The notes under the pieces were generated by a model, which was not told where the DNA came from, made no database searches, and worked only from the letters and a program-made list of their open reading frames with translations. A program made the position numbers and the translations under genes. From Octopus vulgaris (lineage: Eukaryota), in assembly GCA_951406725.2 (NCBI GenBank), contig OX597815.1, forward strand, positions 3,844,001 to 3,908,000: DNA of 64,000 nt, read 5' to 3'. Each line of letters begins with the position of its first letter. Positions within the stretch are counted from its first letter, which is position 1. Positions 42,267 through 53,890 of this stretch are shown piece after piece.

Positions 42267-42268
<2 letters not shown>
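41705..42268 (-). mobile_element. Unclassified non-coding insertion bounded by (TAA)n
   Basis: Complex block of about 560 bp with long (ATT)n runs on both sides and no ORF. Strand inferred from the TAA polarity. Confidence 0.45.
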
Positions 42269-42335
<67 letters not shown>

Positions 42336-42560
42336 CATTATTTACCCTTTTTACTCTTTTATTTGTTTCAGTCATTTGACTGCGGCCATGCTGGAGCACC
42401 ACCTTTAGTCGAGCAAATCGACTCCGGGACTTATTCTTTGTAAGCCCAGTACTTATTCTATCGGTCTCTTTTGCCGAACCTCTAAGTGACGGGGACGTAA
42501 ACACACCAGCATCGGTTGTCAAGCAATGCTAGGGGGACAAACACAGACACACAAACACAT

Positions 42561-42634
<74 letters not shown>

Positions 42635-42803
42635 TAAATACGACAGGCTTCTTTCAGTTTCCGTCTATCAAATCCACTCACAAGGCATTGGTCGGCCCGA
42701 GGCTATAGCAGAAGACACTTGCCCAAGATGTCACGCAGTGGGACTGAACCCAGAACCACGTGGCTGGTTAGCAAGCTACTTACCACACAGCCACTCCTGC
42801 GCC

Positions 42804-42879
<76 letters not shown>

Positions 42880-43474
42880 TTATAGTAGCCTTAAATAAAT
42901 CTAATCTTTGTACCCCTATTAAATCGTACTCAGATTATATAAGGTAATACCGGTATCTCGACAACTTAAAATAGTTCAATTTAATTAAATCAGTGCATAG
43001 TTGATATGTCCTTTAACCTCAGTTGCTCCCTAATTAAATACCAGTTAAATCTAATTTATCAATCTCCATAGAAACCAAATAATAAGCTGATATTTCAGAT
43101 AAGTAATAAATAAATAAATATTAAACTATTTCTTTGCAATTGTCTTTTCCTCCCTCTATTGTGGTAAAAATTTGGTAAATACTCAAAATATCCAAAGTTT
43201 TATCCTTTTGTTAAAATTTCATTCTTAATAATCTTCTTGATTACCCTAAATTTTAACTTTATACAATAAGACAATATTGTTTGAAATGGTCTTAAGAAGT
43301 TACTTGATTTATGTCTTTCTTAAATGGCCCCACCCTCCTGATCTTCTATATTTATTATTTTCTCGGAGGAATAATTCTGTAATTATTGCTAATATGGACT
43401 TAAGATTGTAAATGCAATAACCAAAATACCCCATATATACATACATACTAACATATATATATATATATATATAT

Positions 43475-43820
43475 AAATGAAAGAATGGAGTCGAACGACG
43501 ATTTAACAAAATTCCTTTCTTCTCGACATATGTTTCGAAGACTGCATATTCTTAATTCCGAGGGAATAAGGGGTGCATTATGCCGCCTTCTCATCAGGAA
43601 AGACAAGGAACTTATGTCAGCATCATGACGAACAAAAAGTATTAGATGGCTTGGCTGCATTTATCTATAGTAAAAAAACACACAAATTTCCACACGAAAG
43701 CACGTGATTTCTGCCCTTGGCATGTAGCTTCAACCGTGCTTTCTGACGTAAATTTGCTACCCGGGTATCGGTTAACCGAATTATCCATACTAGGACAATT
43801 CAATCAACTACTTAAACATT

Positions 43821-43822
<2 letters not shown>
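43475..43822 (-). mobile_element. (TA)n-embedded hammerhead element, same family as 34280-34550
   Basis: Both terminal blocks are present in colinear order, with (TA)n on both sides. Confidence 0.75.
43512..43610 (-). ncRNA. Type I hammerhead ribozyme with extended stem II
   Basis: Minus strand reads TTCCTTGTCTTTC-CTGATGA-GAAGGCGGCATA...TATGCAGTCTTC-GAAA-CATATG-TC-GAGAAGAAAGGAA. Confidence 0.82.
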
Positions 43823-43887
<65 letters not shown>

Positions 43888-44716
43888 AGGCTACAGCAAT
43901 GGAAATCAAATTTACTAATTCTTTAAAGGGTAACCAGATTTGAAGTTATTTAAAAAATGATTGTTATTCGCTCACCATGGAAGGGAGAATTTAGTGAATC
44001 GGCAGAAATCATTAATACAAACCAAACAAGCAGCAAGCGTAGTCCCCGATGAACTTATCCATATTATTATTTACAAAATGAGGGACCATAGATGGTGCGC
44101 ATCCAAACTTTATCAATACTTTCAGAAGTAACAAGCAACGTTGTTGCAATGAGAATACGATCTATAAACTATACAATACTATGATAATTATTATTTTGGT
44201 TAATTAATTTATGTATATATATATATAATTTAGAATTAAATAAGGGGAGGAATTTGTATTAATCAATTAAAACCAGTGGCCTAGCATATTTTTTAAAAAA
44301 TTTCGATGATTAAAAATTTCTTTACATACAAAATTTAGAGGACGGACCACTGAATTTACTGAATTACTACAGAGACTATCGGCTTATCCAAGGAGATACC
44401 AGTTTGCGAATAGCTGACCTCTCATCGGGTATTCCGGTAAGTTAGAGCAGTATTTCTACTACAAATGGAGCGTCCGTGAAGATAGAAATGGGGGATGTGG
44501 GTGGGTGGGTGGGGGGGCAAATTACTGTTTTAAAAAGGGGTTTTTTAACTTTTGAAATTAGTCAAACAGCAATGTGCAGATAGGAAAATTGTACGGAAGC
44601 AAATGGATTAGTCACGGTTGGAATGTCTAGCATCGGTCAAGTGTAGCTAAGGGTTGAATACAAAGACAAATGTGTGGAAGTATGGTTGGCAGGATACATA
44701 TATTTGTGTGTGTGTT

Positions 44717-44762
<46 letters not shown>

Positions 44763-45117
44763 TGTGTGTGTGTGAGGGACATCTGTCGACGAACACCTGA
44801 TATTTTTGTCTGCAATGAGGAGAGAGATAACTGACTATCAGGTGATTACTATCAGCCTGGCAGGAAACACAATGAGTGGAATTTAGATATCAAAGTAATA
44901 TACTGTCGTATATAATAATTAACTATATATACACACATACAGAAAAAGTACCCATATACACATTTACTCGCTGTTTATCATTTAAGAATATATGACCATG
45001 TCTAGACATGCAACTGTGATGAGAATACATACATACATACATACATACATACATACATACATACATACATACATACATACATACATGCATACATACATAT
45101 ATACATACATACATATA

Positions 45118-45670
45118 TGGTGGCCGCCCCCTCGTTATCGAGTATGGCCATTGCACGAAGCTTAATCAATGTTGCTATCGTGCAATTCCTGTGCAAGAAG
45201 ATTTTTTTTAAAGTGAGGAAAGGCTGTGCACTGAGTCAATCCCATTCACTAAGCAACAGCAGCCATAATCCGAAAAGAAGAACAAGTCAACATAATCGGT
45301 AACCACTGAGCCGCAGGTTTTCTGTCGGAGTTATCACAGTTACCTGAGTTACCTTCTCCTAGAAGGATGCCCTAACAAAGGCTAGGAGTCTTTCACTCCC
45401 AATGGTTTAACCGCGCGATCGGGTATTCAGTCCGATTATTTCTATGTCCCCACGCATGATACAGCCTTAAGACATTTATTGGATGGCCGTTGACTCTCAA
45501 GAGTTCCTCCGCCCTTTGACGGGTTTTGTTTTTCATCCCGCAGGGTGTCCAATAGACACCCTCCTCACCAAGCAAGTTTGGTGGGTTTGCGGTTTAGTCG
45601 CCGACGACCCGACCATGCAACAGGTTGTACTATGTTACATGTTACCAGTAGCACTCGAAAGTGACCTGAC
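45118..45670. mobile_element. Unclassified GC-richer insertion bounded by (ACAT)n
   Basis: Complex block of about 550 bp between two long (ACAT)n arrays; no recognisable ORF. Confidence 0.4.
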
Positions 45671-45756
45671 ATAAACATACATACATACATACATACATAC
45701 ATACATACATACATACATACATACATACATACATACATACATACATACATACATAC

Positions 45757-46143
45757 ATCCCGGTAATTATTGGGACTCTGGGATATGTAGCACATTGCCT
45801 AAATACCAATATTGAGAAATTAGGCTTCTCAAAACCAGAAAGGAGAAAACTAATTCGAAGACTACAGATCCAATCTATCACTGGAATTGTAAAAATCTGT
45901 AAAACTTTCCAGAAGTTTATCTTTTAAATATATATGTCCATATCTACATATGTAGCTATATGCATGAGAAGGCACACATAAAATAAAACATACAAATCTG
46001 CATTATACATACATACATACATACATAGAAACAAAAATAGCCTGTTGTTGATGTTGAAAGTTCAATGAAGGAGCGTTGGATCTAGGTTAGAAACCGGTTC
46101 CTTCTCTATTGGCAAGAAATTTTGAAATGAAACTGAACAATGA
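45757..46143 (+). mobile_element. 3'-end copy of an R4-like RLE retrotransposon in (ACAT)n
   Basis: PVIIGTLGYVAHCLNTNIEKLGFSKPERRKLIRRLQIQSI plus 3' UTR, matching about 47827-48218; (ACAT)n on both sides. Confidence 0.82.
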
Positions 46144-46512
46144 CATACATACATACATACACATACCTACATATATGCATACACGCACACATACATACAT
46201 ACATACATACATACACAGACACTCACATATATACATACATACACACACTTACATACATACATAAATACATACAGGCATACACACACATAAATATATACAC
46301 AGACACACACACTTCCATACAGACATATACACACATACATACATGCATACATGCATACATGCAATCATACATATGTACATGTATACACGCACACACACAC
46401 ACACATACATACATGCATACATACAAACATACATACATACATACATACATACATACATACATACATACATACATACATACATACATACATACATACATAC
46501 ATACATACATAC

Positions 46513-48218
46513 TGTTATTCATGTTAGGGAAGTCTGAAGGATATCTCACTGGTTCTCAAGGAAACAGAAATACCAAAATTATACACTGTTTCTTTGCGGA
46601 TGACTTGGAACTATATGCCAAGAATATGGAAGAGATGAAAACGAGCCTTGATCCGGTTACATTTTCAAAGGATATTGGGTTGGAGTTTGGCCAGGATAAA
46701 CTTTGCTATAAGGTTCTGAAAAGAGGGAAAACTGTAAACCAGAGCAGCAACATCTCCATCAATGACTTCACTGTTTGCCCTGTATCTGGTGAGGCGTAGA
46801 TGAAAACCTATCTTACAATGATATCTCTGTAACAAGACACGTGTCACTAAAGCATATTACAGACGGATAAGGAAAATATGGACCTCGGAACTGTTTGCAT
46901 TCGATAAATCGGTGTCTCGCAATGCAGTACCGGTACTCACACCAACATTTGGGCTACGTGAGTGGATGCTTGATGAGATCCGAGCCATTGATGTGAAAAC
47001 CTGGAAGATACTGACGATCGCACATAATTTTCACATCAACAACGGCGTTGACCGCCTCTACTTCAAACGAAAACAAGGCGGCAGAGGATTGACATCGACC
47101 CAGACCGCCTTTGAATGTCATATTATATCCCTTCGGCAACATCTTTTAACCATCAAGTATCGAAGTGCACCCCCGACCAAGTTCGCATACATGAGGCTGA
47201 TGGCATCATAATACTAGAAAAGCAGCTTTTGAATCAACATTCCGTGTCTGATAACGCTGAATATATATACAAAGAAGTGGCACGATTCATCAGATGAAAT
47301 GATGAGTCTATATGAGCAGAAGACGATGCATGGATATGTTAGTAGAAGGCTAACACTTTCAAGGATGTGCGTTTGCAATCCAGGAATAAGAAATATCAAC
47401 CAACCACTTGATGCACAGAGAAAGGGACAGAGACGCAGGAAAAGCACCAAACTGTGAGAACAATGCAGATTTTCTCAAGTTAACACCGAACGTATCACCC
47501 AAATAATAAGCGGTTCTCCAAAAATGTCTTCAAGGTATTATCTACCGATGGGACATGATGTTGTAGCTAGGACACTGTATAACGAGGTTCGTCGAAAGGG
47601 TAACTCCGAGGACAAAGAAATAAGAACCCACAATATAGTAGAAGCCATAATAAAAAGGAGTACTGATGGAATTTGGGATAGAGAAGAGAAACTGTGTACA
47701 GTTGTGGAAATTAGCTGCCCAGCGGATGTTAACATAAAACTGAAGATCAGGGGAAAAGGGAACACCTATGCTGAACGATTGAGAAATCTGTAGTTACTCT
47801 ATCCAGATTACAAGTTCAGGTTTATACCTGTAATTATTGGGACCCTGGGGTATGTAGCACACTGTCTAAATACCAATCTTGAGAAATTAGGCTTCTCAAA
47901 ACCAGAAAGGAGAAAGCTAATTCGAAGACTGCAAATCCAATCCATCATTGGAACTGTATAAATCTGTAAAACTTTCCAGAAGTTTATCATTTAAATATAT
48001 ACGTATGAGCATGTCTAGATATGCAAATATATGCATGAGAATGCATACATAAGACAAAACATACAAATCTGCACATACGCTGACTCCAAATACTGCACAT
48101 ATACACACCTATATAAACAGATACCCTATTGATGTTCAAATTCCATTGAAGGAGTTTTGGATCTGGGTCGGAAACCGGTTCTTTCTCTAATGGCAAGAAA
48201 TCTTCATATAACTGAAAA
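46513..48218 (+). mobile_element. Degenerate 5'-truncated R4-clade non-LTR retrotransposon (RT plus RLE)
   Basis: HCFFADDLELYA, FSKDIGLEFGQDK, VDRLYFKRKQGGRGL, HDVVARTLY, VVEISCP and PVIIGTLG motifs; many stops and frameshifts. The 5' end abuts (ACAT)n. Confidence 0.85.
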
Positions 48219-48282
48219 ATCATATATATATATGTAATGTATGTATTTATGTACACGTATGTATGTATGTTTGTGTGTCTGT

Positions 48283-48357
<75 letters not shown>

Positions 48358-48408
48358 ATATATATATATATACATACACACATATATATATATGTATGTG
48401 TGTGTGTA

Positions 48409-48465
<57 letters not shown>

Positions 48466-48467
<2 letters not shown>

Positions 48468-48847
48468 CGGAGATATATTTGCATAGCAAGTGAATTTGAT
48501 CTGAGATCGTGTACTGGAACGAAAACAATTGCAGCGTGGAAGGTGTTTATAAGCCTTTTAAGAAACACACAAAATCCGTTCGATTCACTTCAACATTTGA
48601 ATTTAATTTGTGTCAAAAATATTTTCGTCGCTTTGAAACCGCGACCCGTTCACTGACAAAATTTCATGCTGCATCTTTTTTCTTTCTTTCTTTTGTTTTT
48701 CTGTCAGTACGAAATTTTGTCAGTGAACGGGTCGCGGTTTCAAAACGACGAAAATATTTTTGACACAAATTAAATTTAAATGTTGAAGAGAAGCTAACAG
48801 TTTTTGCGTGTTTTTAAATGGCTTATAAACACCTTCCATGCTGCAAT

Positions 48848-48850
<3 letters not shown>
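48466..48850. mobile_element. (TA)n-embedded fold-back element (arms 48525-48665 and 48711-48850) with a hammerhead-like fold
   Basis: Diverged inverted arms of about 140 bp; a related single-arm copy lies at about 3605-3755. Confidence 0.7.
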
Positions 48851-48884
<34 letters not shown>

Positions 48885-48892
48885 TTCATTTG

Positions 48893-48934
<42 letters not shown>

Positions 48935-49213
48935 CAAATGAAGTATATATATATATATATATATATACTTCATTTGTATGTATATATATATATATATATA
49001 TACATACAAATGAAGTATATATATATATATATATATAGATAAGAAAGTTTGTTTGGTAAAGCACGTGGGTGAATATATAAGAAAATAGTAAAGTGTGAAA
49101 AAACGACAGAAGGCTTAAATGTTAAAAGATATATATATTTGTGTCAAAATGTCTGGAGAATATTGGAAAAATTTTTTTCCTTTCCTTAAAATGACATAAT
49201 TTTTAAATTTTTA

Positions 49214-49253
49214 AAGAAATTACCGGTTTCGCGTGTAGCTTTTCAAATTTCTT
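49214..49253 (-). ncRNA. Minimal type I hammerhead (U3-A8 variant) in the PLE 3' repeat
   Basis: Exact reverse complement of 51285-51324. Confidence 0.7.
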
Positions 49254-49389
49254 GTGACGTTATGTTTATATTGCATGGATTTATCGTTGTTTTTATTTCC
49301 AGGAGATTTCTAAATAAGGGGAGGTAGTGAGTGATTTTTTCCGGTGTAGGGGAGATAATCGCTTAAAAATTTTTTTTCCCATTTCCTTG

Positions 49390-50780
49390 TTAATTTCTCT
49401 GTGTCAGTATGTTCGGATGGTTGAGTCTGGGTTTGTACTTTTCAATGAAGAATGTTTCCTTGTTCAGTCTCATTTGTGTTGATGATCCGAAAGCACATTG
49501 GTAAAATGGGAAGATTAAAAATTGTGGCAGTAGTTGCTTTGCGCATTTCTCAATGTGCTCACTAAAAGGTATCATTCTATATTCTGGGAATGCAATCTGT
49601 TGTCGATGCAGTGTGCATCTGCGCCTGAGTGATAGTCCCGTGGAACCCACGTAGTCTTGGTGGCAGCCCGAGCATTTAATAACATAAATTATGTTTTCAG
49701 AGGCACAAGTAAAGTTAGATTTGATCTTAAATTTCTGTCCTTCTTTAAAGAAGAATTCTGATCCTTCCAATAGGTTAGGACATGTTGCACAGTTCGATCT
49801 ACCACATTTTTTTACTTTTGCATCCGTAATTTTAGAAGACAATTTTGCCTTTGTGAGAATCTTTTTAAGTGATTTAGGCTGTTTGTAGCTTTTAATGATT
49901 TGGTGTATGTTTAGAATTTCCCTTAATTTTGGGTTTTTATGAAGTATTGGTAAATTCTGGGTGATGATGGTGAAGGCTTCTTTGTTTCTGGGGTTGTATG
50001 TAGATATGTAAGGTAGTATTTTCGGGGAAGGTGTGTTGTTGTGTTGAACTTTCCTTAAAGTTTCTATGTTGATTTCTGTTGCACGTCTGATCCCATCCTC
50101 TATGAGTTGAGCTGGGTAATGTCTGTCAATTAGGGTGTTTTTGAGTTCTTGCAGTCTAAAGTTCCTGGTATTTTGTTCTGACACTATTGTGCATATCCTT
50201 CTTGCAAGGTTGAAGGGTATGTTTGTTTTAGTGTGTCTTGGGTGGCATGAATTAAAAAGAAGGTATTGTTTGGCGTCTGTGGCTTTGTAAAAAATGTCTG
50301 TTTCTATTTTAAGGTTAATTTTTTTAATTAGTATATCCAAGAACGGGAGCTCCTTTTGGTTGTATTCCATTGTGAACTGTATATTTGGGTTTATGCTGTT
50401 CAATAGGTTTTTAAATTTTAGGAGTTTATCTATGTTTTCATTCCAGAGAATGAAACAATCGTCTAGGAATCGTTTCCAATTCTCTTTATGTATTGAGAGA
50501 GGGAGTTTCCAAAGATTGATAGAGATTCCTGGTAAATGATTATTTCCATGTATCCCATTGTTAAGTTCGCAATGACTGGTGCTGCCCTTGTACCCATAGC
50601 AATTCCGGATTTTTGACGGTAAAATGTATTGTCAAACATGAAGTGGTTATTGTGTAGGATGAATTCAATTGATTTAGTAATGAATTCCTTACTGATCCTT
50701 TTTGGTATTTCTTCCGGAAATTGGTCTAACCAGAATTGTATTGCCTCCAGTCCATAATTATGAGGTATACTGGTATACAA
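49390..50780 (-). pseudogene. PLE RT / GIY-YIG endonuclease ORF, with one frameshift near 50470-50500 and the N-terminus missing
   Basis: ORFs 50463-50780 and 49390-50403 carry consecutive PLE RT motifs in different frames. Confidence 0.9.
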
Positions 50781-51284
50781 GTTCTGTCCTTAAAGAAGGA
50801 CAGAAATTTAAGATCAAATCTAACTTTACTTGTGCCTCTGAAAACATAATTTATGTTATTAAATGCTCGGGCTGCCACCAAGACTACGTGGGTTCCACGG
50901 GACTATCACTCAGGCGCAGATGCACACTGCATCGACAACAGATTGCATTCCCAGAATATAGAATGATACCTTTTAGTGAGCACATTGAGAAATGCGCAAA
51001 GCAACTACTGCCACAATTTTTAATCTTCCCATTTTACCAATGTGCTTTCGGATCATCAACACAAATGAGACTGAACAAGGAAACATTCTTCATTGAAAAG
51101 TACAAACCCAGACTCAACCATCCGAACATACTGACACAGAGAAATTAACAAGGAAATGGGAAAAAAATTTTTTAAGCGATTATCTCCCCTACACCGGAAA
51201 AAATCACTCACTACCTCCCCTTATTTAGAAATCTCCTGGAAATAAAAACAACGATAAATCCATGCAATATAAACATAACGTCAC

Positions 51285-51324
51285 AAGAAATTTGAAAAGC
51301 TACACGCGAAACCGGTAATTTCTT
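51285..51324 (+). ncRNA. Minimal type I hammerhead (U3-A8 variant) in the inverted PLE arm
   Basis: AAGAAAT-TTGAAAA-GC-TACAC-GC-GAAA-CCGG-TA-ATTTCTT: perfect 7-bp stem I, 2-bp stem II, palindromic ACCGGT stem III, GUA site. Confidence 0.7.
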
Positions 51325-51457
51325 TAAAAATTTAAAAATTATGTCATTTTAAGGAAAGGAAAAAAAATTTTTCCAATATTCTCCAGACATTTTGACACAA
51401 ATATATATATCTTTTAACATTTAAGCCTTCTGTCGTTTTTTCACACTTTACTATTTT

Positions 51458-51498
<41 letters not shown>

Positions 51499-51774
51499 TT
51501 CATTTGTATGTATATATATATATATATATACATACAAATGAAGTATATATATATATATATATATATATATGGCTCAGTGGTTAGAGTGTCGGGCTCATAA
51601 TCATGAAGTAGTGAGTTCGATTCCCGGACCGGGTCGCGTGTTGTGTTCTTGAGTAAGACACTTTATTTCATGTTGCTCCAGTTCACTCAGCCGTAGAAAT
51701 GAGTTGCGACATCACAGGTGCCAAGCTGTATCGGCATATGTTTTATTTTATTTATTAATATATATATATATATG

Positions 51775-52285
51775 CACGATAATCCCTCGCCATATCGCGG
51801 TTCACCTATCGCATAACTCAGTACATCGCGGATTTTTCTGACATATATAAATTTATATCGCAGACTTCTCAGTACAACGCAGCTATCTGTGGCCGATAGA
51901 CATTTATATGTTTTTAGATTTTAATTATTTCTCTGTTACAATTATTTCTGCGGCCGAAAGGTATTTATATATTTTTAGATTTTAATTATTCTTGTGACAA
52001 ACACAGTACAGCACTGCACTGTATGACACAGTAATTAAAATATATTAAAAGCAAATACGCAGTGTACCGTAGATGGGTAAACAAAGAATCGCACATATTG
52101 TATGGAGAACGAAACTCGGGAGGCGAGTGCGTGGTGTTGTTTGGCATTTATAATAAAATAAACATATACAAATTATTAAAAATGATTTTAAAATATATAC
52201 AGTCCGGTACTGTTTCTACTTCGCAGATTTTCACCTATCGCAATGGAGTTTTGGGAACGTAACACCTGCGATAGTCGAGGGGTTA

Positions 52286-52288
<3 letters not shown>
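51775..52288. mobile_element. pogo/Tigger-like MITE
   Basis: Imperfect TIRs CACGATAATCCCTCGCCATATCGCGG / CCTGCGATAGTCGAGGGGTTACTG-TA, internal ATCGCGG-type repeats, TA flanks. Confidence 0.7.
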
Positions 52289-52347
<59 letters not shown>

Positions 52348-52352
<5 letters not shown>

Positions 52353-52933
52353 ATCCATACATGAAAACACAAACAGAAAACACAGCAACGCGAGGACGTG
52401 GAACAAGTATAGTGTTATTGGACGCTCAGGAAAGGAAAGAAAGAAGGAGGATTTAACGTTTCGAGCGGAGCTTTTCGTCAGAAAAATAGGAAAAGGAAAG
52501 ATCCAAGGAAGGGAAGACAGAGGAAAAAAATCGCCAACGCGGTCACATTTTGAATGGGGGAGGAATAGGGGATGGCGTGGATCTTCAAGAGGAAGCCACG
52601 GCGTGAGACGTGATGGCGGGAGAAACGGCTAAGAAAGGAGTTATGGCTAGAGTGGCGAGCTTTTTTAAAAAGCGAGAGAGTTTTTTTGCGGGTTGCAAGC
52701 ATTGGGGGGAAGGCGCAAGAAAACGGCAAATAAGGGATTGGAGGTGTTGGAGGAAGGAGTGCAGGTCAAGTATGGTGAGAGGGTGTGAATGTCTGTGTAG
52801 GTGTAAACGGTGGCGGCACAAGTAGAAAACTGGAAGTAGAAGAAGAAAGGTAAAAAGGGGACGAGAAAAAGGGGAAGAGTCACGGACAAATTTTTGATGA
52901 TTTACAATCACGATTACAGTGGAGTACTCCGGA

Positions 52934-52935
<2 letters not shown>
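52348..52935 (-). mobile_element. Putative PLE remnant: possible ORF N-terminus plus terminal repeat with a minimal hammerhead (52451-52486)
   Basis: Minus strand reads TTT-CTGACGA-A-AAGC-TCC-GCTC-GAAA-CG-TT-AAA. The peptide RHSSHNSFLSRFSRHHVSRRGFLLK resembles the H..FL..C....P.GF..K pattern of PLE N-termini (weak). (TA)n on both sides. Confidence 0.58.
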
Positions 52936-53015
<80 letters not shown>

Positions 53016-53658
53016 GTATGTATGTGTGTATGTATATATATATATATATACTTCGATTTTGGATTTGGTTTGCAAGATTCTTTATGTGAGTTCGTGTGTT
53101 GAAGCATATTTTGTTGAGTCTGGGGAGAGTCATTCTCTTTTAGTGCCTTTTAATTTGACACACTCACCGGTAAAGTTTCCACTCATTTACTTATTTATTT
53201 CGTTGCGTCCGGCAACTTTTTCAATAGTCGTACACACAGATGTATACACGTACACACATATGTACATACATGCATTTCTATACAGTTTTTTTTTTCTCTA
53301 GAATTATCTAAGCCTATTTACTGAACTTAGTGGTAGGTACAGATTCTAATATGAAAGGATGTGTATCTGTGTGTGTGTGTGTGTGTATACCTTTTTATTT
53401 TTACGCTTTAGACACTAGACTGCGGCTATGCTGGGACATGTGTGTGTATTCATTTATTTGTTTCAGTTAATTGACTGCGACCATGCTGGAGCACCGCCTT
53501 TAGTCGAGTAAATCGACCTCAGGACTTATTCTCTGTAAGCCTAGTACTTATTCTAGCAGTCTCTTTTTGCCGAACAGCTAAGTTACAGGGATGTAAGCAC
53601 ACCAGTATCGGCTGCCAAGCGATGTTTGGGCGGGGGACAAACACAGGCACACAAACCT

Positions 53659-53707
<49 letters not shown>

Positions 53708-53890
53708 CATATATACGACAGGCTTCTTTCAGTTTCCGTCTACCAAATTCGCTCACAAGTCTTTGGTCAGCCCGGGGCTATAGTAGAAGACACTTACCCA
53801 AGGTGCCACGCAGTGGGACTGAACCTGGAACCATGTGGTTGGGAATCAAACTACTTACAACACAGCCACTCCTGCGCCTATAAATATATA

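Larger units (their letters stand above)
49037..51466 (-). mobile_element. Penelope-like retroelement (Neptune-type), 5'-truncated, joined to an inverted copy of its own 3' end
   Basis: RT motifs LYTSIPH, GIAMGTRAAPVIANL, WKRFLDDCFILW and LPFLDI; CGRSNCATC linker; GIY-YIG-type NIIYVIKC..DYVGST. Inverted arms at 49073-49748 and 50790-51466. Confidence 0.93.

Noticed and set aside
44330-44432. Possible hammerhead (CCGATGA...GTCCTC-TAAA, minus strand)
   Set aside because: Both core segments deviate and stems I and III cannot be formed convincingly.
48882-49017. CRISPR-like repeat-spacer pattern
   Set aside because: Repeats alternate in orientation, spacers are pure (TA)n, the context is eukaryotic and there are no cas genes.
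50702-51148. Apparent stand-alone GIY-YIG nuclease gene
   Set aside because: It is the inverted duplicate of the PLE 3' end; its first residues are antisense RT sequence.
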